A stretch of 64,000 nt of DNA from NCBI GenBank assembly GCA_951406725.2, contig OX597828.1, positions 2,728,001 to 2,792,000 on the forward strand, read 5' to 3'. This stretch comes from Octopus vulgaris. Taxonomy: Eukaryota. This document shows, piece after piece, positions 57,451 through 64,000 of the stretch (position 1 is its first letter; each line of letters starts with the position of its first letter). The notes beneath the pieces were generated by a model. That model ran no database searches and was not told the DNA's origin. It saw nothing but the letters and a program-made list of their open reading frames with translations. The position numbers were made by a program, and so were the translations under genes.

Positions 57451-57707
57451 GTGATTTCTTTTTTTTTCAATGTAGTATAAGATTGTATACAACAACACCA
57501 TCCTGTCTTAGCAGCACCATGAACCCACTGGCAAATCAGTGCACTGGACCCTGTAGTATTTATTTATTGACTGCTAGCAACAGAGTACATAGATCACAAT
57601 TGGACCCCTAGGCCCATAAGCCTCCAGACCCAGTGTGCTCCTGCCATGAGGTAGCACTGTCACCATTCTAAATGTGGGAGCCTTCACCAGTATGGATTTC
57701 AAATGAG
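57050..57707. repeat. About 110-bp diverged direct repeat (57050-57159 and 57598-57707)
   Basis: ttgga.ccctaggcccataag...gtcaccattcta.atgtgggagcctt...tcaaatgag in both. Confidence 0.8.
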
Positions 57708-57912
57708 TTTTGTAAAGGATTTCAAGCCTAAAATACAAGCTAACAGTGAATCAAACCCTGACCAATTTTCTATTCAAAGTTTGAGTAATTTCATACCATT
57801 TTGATACAGACACATTTCTACCACCATTCTTACAAATTTCAGATGTGGACCACATGAGAAATCAATAATTTTTTCATTAGATCAAAGGTCATGTTCATAA
57901 ATAGAGCTGCTG

Positions 57913-57949
<37 letters not shown>

Positions 57950-58279
57950 CAGTAGTAGCAGCAGCAGCAGCAGTAGCAGTAGCAGTAGTAGTAGTAGTAG
58001 TAGTAGTAGTAGCGGTGGCGATGCTGGTGGTGGTGGTGGTGGTGGTGGTGGTGGTGGTGGTGGAGGTGGTGGTTTGTGAAACATCATAACACTTTATCTC
58101 CCTTCCATCTCATAACTCCATTCCTGTCTCAGAAACCAGTTGTGTTGCTATTGTTATCTGTTACTATTGTTGGTCAGCCCTGTAATCAAAGGCACTCTGA
58201 TCACGACCATCTCATCTGTTTTAGGTTTATGTAGGACTACCTTTGCCAAATTAATCAATGTATTGTATATTCAAAAATA

Positions 58280-58475
58280 GTGACCCACTGCATGGTACCT
58301 TGGGCAAGTGTCTTCTATTATAGCCACGGGCCCACCAAAGCCTTGTGAGTGGATCTAGTAGATGAAAACTGAAAGACACCCTCTGCATGTGTGTGTATAT
58401 ATGTATGTATGTATATATGTATGTATGTATATATACATATATATATATTATATAGATAGATAGATAGATAGATAG

Positions 58476-58535
<60 letters not shown>

Positions 58536-58782
58536 GATAGATAGATATGCATGTGTGTCTGTGTCTTTGTGTCCCGCGTTTGTCCCCCACCACCATTTGA
58601 CAACCAGTGTTAGTGTGTTTATGTCCCTGTAACTTAGCGGTTCAGGAAAGAGTCCAATATAATAAGCACTAGGCTTAAAAGAAAAGGAAAGATAAGTTCT
58701 GAGGTCAATTCACTTGACTAAAAATTCAAAGTGGCACTCCAGCATGGCTGCAGTCTAATAACTGAAAAAAGTAAAAGATAAA
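58280..58782 (+). mobile_element. SINE family A, CpG-decayed
   Basis: Family match with many CG to TG/CA changes. Confidence 0.8.
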
Positions 58783-59361
58783 GCAGCTGAGAAAAATTTG
58801 GCTGCTATTTCTTGCAGATAGTGACCATGTAGAGGCTCCCCTATTGATTCATTGTGGTTGTTATTGTTGTTGCTGCTGCTGTTCTGTTTGCTTTCTTTTG
58901 TTCTTGCTGCCAGTGTAACTATTGTTAGTATTCTTACTGGTTCACTCCTGTAAAACTACTTTTCCAGACTACTGTCTGATTAAATCAGTTCTTTATAAAA
59001 ACATCAAACTTTACTTTTGTTAAATTCATTCTACTGCTGCTGGCTGATGTATCATTCATCAAATTTATAGGGATTCTGCTGCCTACAGGGGACGAAGAGC
59101 ACCTTGCTTTCAGGTCTTCTTTATAGATTTATTTTCTGGATATAGAATAACTGCCAGTCACCCTAACATGGCCATCCTGTACTAATTTGTTTTCAGCTGT
59201 TTGTTACATTTGAAGCCTCTACTTCGTGTTCTGGGTATTACTATTTTGACTTCTTTGCCAGGAAATCTATTTTCCACCAACTTTCTGTGAAACTTCAAAA
59301 CATAAACCAGCAACCACAGAATAGAATTTGTTTCTGTTGTAATATATGTTTATAAGTGGAT

Positions 59362-59760
59362 CGTAGGGCGACCTGCTATGCTATTGAGTCAAGTACATCA
59401 ACATCAAAATAAAAATCAAATGGAAATTGTAGTGGTGATACCCGTGCCAGTGGTACATAAAAAGCACCATTCGAATGTGGCTGATGCCAGCGTCGCCTTG
59501 ACTGGCTTCTGTGCTGGTGGCATGTAAAAAGCACCAACTGATTCTGGCCATTGCCAGCCTCCCCTGGCACATGTGCCAGTGGCACGTAAAAAGCACCCAC
59601 TACACTCACGGAGTGGTTGGCATTAGGAAGGGCATCCAGCTGTAGAAACACTGCCAGATCAGACTAGAGCCTGGTGCATCTTCCTGGCTTCCCAGACCCC
59701 GGTCGAACTGCCCAACCCATGCTAGCATGGAAAACGGACGTTAAACGATGATGATGATGA
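59362..59760 (+). mobile_element. RTE-type 3' tail or RTE-mobilised SINE ending in (GAT)n
   Basis: ggcattaggaagggcatccagctgta motif, three gtgg.a..taaaaagcacc repeats and a gttaaacgatgatgat end. Confidence 0.6.
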
Positions 59761-60299
59761 AGAAGATGGTCATAAATGGAGTGCAGGTCATCCCTGATCA
59801 ATCAGACATGGACGATCAAAATCATTCCAGCCTTGTCCATCCTGTCATTTGGGGAACTTTGGGTTGTTACATATAGCAGGTTAAGTGACTGAGGCTCCTT
59901 TGATGTTTTGTTGTGGTCATTATTACTGGTAGAATAGCAGAATCAGTAGATCATCAAACAAAATGCTCTGCGTTCTAAGTCTGGAACTCACAAAGTCCAA
60001 ATCCTATCTAGCTGACTTTTATTTCTATGGCAGTAAATATCCTGGAACCAGGAATAAGTGATATCCTGGAATCAGTTCAAGAGGCTATGTATGTCTTTAC
60101 CACAAAATTATACCCTTGTTTCAAAGTAAGAAGTCACATATTCTCTTTGATTGTCATCATTGTAGTTATTGAAGCTGTTGCTGCCATTGTTACTACTGAT
60201 GGTGGATCTTGAAGTTGTGTTCATGTTCTCAGGGTAGCTTTTAACTTTTTCTATCTAAAGGGTTTTTTTAACCCTATATTTACATGCTGTCAAGTGTTG

Positions 60300-60478
60300 A
60301 GCAGGGAGAATTGTTAGTATGCTGGCCAAAATGCTTAGTGACATTTCATCTGTCTTTACATTCTGAGTTCAAAGTCTGCCAAGGTCGACATTGCCTTTCA
60401 TCCTTTCGAGTAAAGTAAGCACCAGTTGAGCACTGGGGTCTATTCAATCAACTTACCCTCTCCCCTGAAATTGCTGCT
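60300..60478 (+). mobile_element. SINE family B, CpG-decayed
   Basis: Family match with CG to TG/CA changes. Confidence 0.7.
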
Positions 60479-62250
60479 TCAATCCTCATGTGATTTTTTA
60501 TATATTTTCACTTACTTTCAATTTACTGTTGTTATTGTTGAGTTTGTTGTTGGAGACTTTGTCAATGGTTTATTGGTATATTACTATACAACTTTGTTTT
60601 CCTACAGTGAAACTCAAATTACTATAAGGTTGTAGAAATATTATCATGTGGTAATCAGGACCAGCTATAAGTAAAATGCAGTGGCTTTAGCTGAGGTCTG
60701 AATATGACAGGCATGAGCATCACATAATCTCATCTTTTATCTTTTCTGAAGCTGAGTCCTTTAGTCTTTGTATAATATATATTATAGATTGAGTTACAAA
60801 TCTTGAGTCAACAGGTTGCTGGGTTACCAACCTTAGTGTTTGTTGGCACTCTACATCTAGGCATTAACACTTTCAGGTCTCCAAAGTCAAGACATTTAAC
60901 TTGGATCACTCAATCCTCCTAGTAAACATCACAGAGAAAGTTCTGTTCATTTCTTTTAAGCAGTGGGAGCACTTTAAAAATAATGAATGTTTAATTAACT
61001 TGTTGCTATGTTTTAGACTTTATATATTTACATGGATTTGAAGTTTTTATTGATGCTCAGTAATCTGATGTGTTATGGAACTCACCATCACTATCTCATA
61101 TCACTAATTCAAATGAAGAAGTCACAGTGGTTATGCCACATAGCCTATACATATATACACACTTATAAGCACTTATTCTTCCTCTTGGGTCTGTGAAGCT
61201 TCTTGTCTTGATCTTCTTAAGTGAAATGTGTCATGATGTAGTCTCTTGGTTCAGTAAACACTGCCTTATTAGAAGAGACTTACTGAATGAACTCACTATT
61301 GCCTAATAATACCACTTACATCTAAATTATTAATGTTAAAAAAATTGAAGAGAAGGATCTTGGAGAGTGTTTCATCAATTTGTCAGGATGTTGGTTAAAA
61401 TTGAATAGACAGATACTACCATAGGTGTGTGGGTGTGAGTGTAATGTATGTATAAACTGCATCAGAATGTTGAACCAATTTAGTAGATGCAGTAATAATT
61501 CATCGTATCAGCAGCTTAACTCTGCCAACCCTTGCTGCAAATCAAATATGAAGTTCAATAATCAATAATCATCAAGTCATTGAATGTATGAATCAGTGTG
61601 GTAATGTAACAGAAGAAATACACTGCTATTACAAAAGTATAGTTATCTAGTTATAATCTGGGGAAATTATGAAATATTTTTTTGACAGAAGCTTCATTCA
61701 ATCGGTTTGACAGTCTTACAGTTTGAGAGCTGTGTTGAAAAGACATTATAGGATTCATGCAAATCAGTCAACTTCTTGCTTGAATGTAATGAAGATGTAG
61801 TCAATTATAGACCTTACAATTTGAGGAGATTAAAGGTGTTTTACTTAAGAGATAATATAATGAAAATAAGATAGGTTGCTGGGAGAAGAAAGCACTTTCT
61901 CAAAAAATTAAAAACTTTCTCTTTGAGGCAACTGAACATGTCCCTTTTTTATTAAATCAATATCATATTTGAAAAGCCTGTAGAATTAGTGCAAATAGAT
62001 ATGAGATTATTTCAAGACCTTAAGAACCTATTTAAAGCTTTTTATCAAAGTGTAATGAATAAAAAAGACCACTGAAGTCTTACGTTCGGAAAATCCTTTA
62101 GATTCATGAGATTCAATCTGTGTTCTACTTAGATGATTATTTGAATGAACCCAAAATTAGATTTTGGTTGAAAGTCACCTAAATACAGGCCTCAGTTTAC
62201 TGACAAGGGACGAATAACACTTAGCTAATTGTTCAACTTCATTAATGCTG

Positions 62251-62283
<33 letters not shown>

Positions 62284-62978
62284 AAACAATTTTTAGTTTT
62301 TTTTTCTGTTTTTTCTAGTTTGAGACTTAAGTACTTTTACTACAGAAAACACTTGCAATACTTTGGTAGTGTTAGAACTAAAGTGGAGAAAATACTGTGA
62401 TATTATGCAAAACATTATAATACTACATGGAAAGAGCATGTGCTCACTTCATAACTTCAATGTTAGTTCTGTCTTAAGTCATGGACACACTTGGCAGTTG
62501 CTAAAGGGCCTCACAAGTTTAGGGGTTCGTTTGTAATCTATGTATGCCATGGTTTGCTGTAAATAGATAAATAATCCCAGGGGCTTATAATGCTTCTAAG
62601 ACAGCCTTGTACAAAGTCTCAGGTTCAACTTTACCATGTTATGCAAATATCTTCTACTTTAGGTCAGCTTAAATTTTCTGAGGGAAATTGGATCAACAGA
62701 AGACCCAGCCTTGTCAAACACTGTATCATGCTGATTTTTTCTTAGGAATTACATTAAGAGTACATGTACCTGTAGAATATTCAACCACTTGGATATTATT
62801 TCAATGATTGAACAACTAAATGCCCATTGCCAAAGACAATACTGATCCATTTTTTATTGCAATACCATTATAATACCTCCTGTTCGATTGTGGTTAGTAG
62901 AAATGATAAAAATGTTGTCAAAGTCAAATGCAATCACTGCTGTATAAAGTTATCTCCCATGGCTTTAACAGCCTCAGT

Positions 62979-63407
62979 GGATCTTTTCGGTTTGAACAGC
63001 AGTTTTTTCTAGCATTGTCATAAGAAATTGTCACCCATAATTATGACCCTAGTATCGATCTATTGCATTTCAGTCTGTTTTAGGGTTTAGGGTTAGTCAG
63101 GGATAGGGGTGGGAGGAAGGGTATCTTTTTTTCTTCACAAATGTAAATAAACCCAATCTGTTTCTTAAACGAGGGACATTTTCATACAGCACAGAATATT
63201 TTTTAACTCAATGGACGTCATCGATTGGTTGAAATTGCAGAAATTGAAGAAAAAAAACCAGCAAATATCTTACAAACTATAGAATTTTCTCAATAAAGCC
63301 AAGAGAAAAAGATGTTTTATAAACACATTCTACCAGTATACGAGATTCAAAATTTTTTAGTTACCTAGAAATTATGTTAAAAACTGCCGTTCAAACCGAA
63401 AAGATCC
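62979..63407. mobile_element. 429-bp MITE, Merlin-like
   Basis: About 29-bp TIRs ggatcttttcggtttgaac(a/g)gcagttttt beginning GG; 8-bp TSD gcctcagt / gcctcaat. Confidence 0.8.
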
Positions 63408-64000
63408 GCCTCAATTACACATTAAAACAATAACAGTTCTTATGTATAATTCATGCCTAGATTCAAGTCACTGCACATTGATTTTATCATGAGTTGTCTT
63501 TGTAGTTTTAATGCCCACTTGCTTTTTTCACATTTGCCACTTGTGTCCTGGAGGGAGCCAAAACTTACATCAATTTCATGGTAAAATGTATTTCAGCATA
63601 ATCAATACTTTACACTTTTGGCATCCATATCAGGGTCATCGGTCAAAACCATTGTCTGCATTGCTTTGCTGCATAGAAACTTTCTGGTGCGCTCAAGAAT
63701 ATTTGTGGCTTCAGATCTTCCATATCATTTTTGAAGTTGAGGACTTTTCTTTAGTCTTGCTTCTTTAATGTGACCCCAAAAGGCAGCCTTGAATTCAATT
63801 GTTTTCTGTTGCAGGGTGAAGCATGATGTGAAATTCTTCTCAATTCACTATTCTGTTCACAGAAGCATTGACAAGTCTTTGCAACAGAAATGATAGCATC
63901 ACATTCACAAAGAGAGATTCTGTGAATGTTTTATTTGCTTTCATGACTTCAGAGTCTTTTCATCATTTTGTCGTAGCAACAACGTCAACATTCTGCTGGA

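Noticed and set aside
63079-63096. Interstitial telomere
   Set aside because: Only 2-3 imperfect units, internal to a MITE.

Overview
Repeat-dense, AT-rich animal DNA. The SINE families, microsatellite load and transposon mix suggest a coleoid cephalopod (Octopus-like); this is inference from recalled repeat families, not a database hit. No intact protein-coding gene can be supported, and most listed ORFs are translations of microsatellites. The window holds dozens of tRNA-derived SINE copies from 4-5 families, decayed Tc1/mariner, R4/Dong-, Tx1/L1- and CR1-like fragments, a non-autonomous Helitron, and hAT- and Merlin-like MITEs. The most striking signal is a set of short, apparently unrelated non-coding cassettes in or beside (TA)n tracts. 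They carry type-I hammerhead ribozyme folds (22.2/22.7, 24.0/24.3, 26.4, 53.4 and 53.7 kb, more weakly 1.45 kb), and most are arranged as inverted repeats. This suggests a diverse (TA)n-targeting Penelope-like/retrozyme-like system. Also seen: a TAA-targeted non-coding element next to Dong-like remnants, a dimeric SINE subfamily, a LINE 3' end sharing the tail of the main SINE, and a switch to CpG-depleted sequence at about 55.7 kb. All folds and alignments were read by eye.
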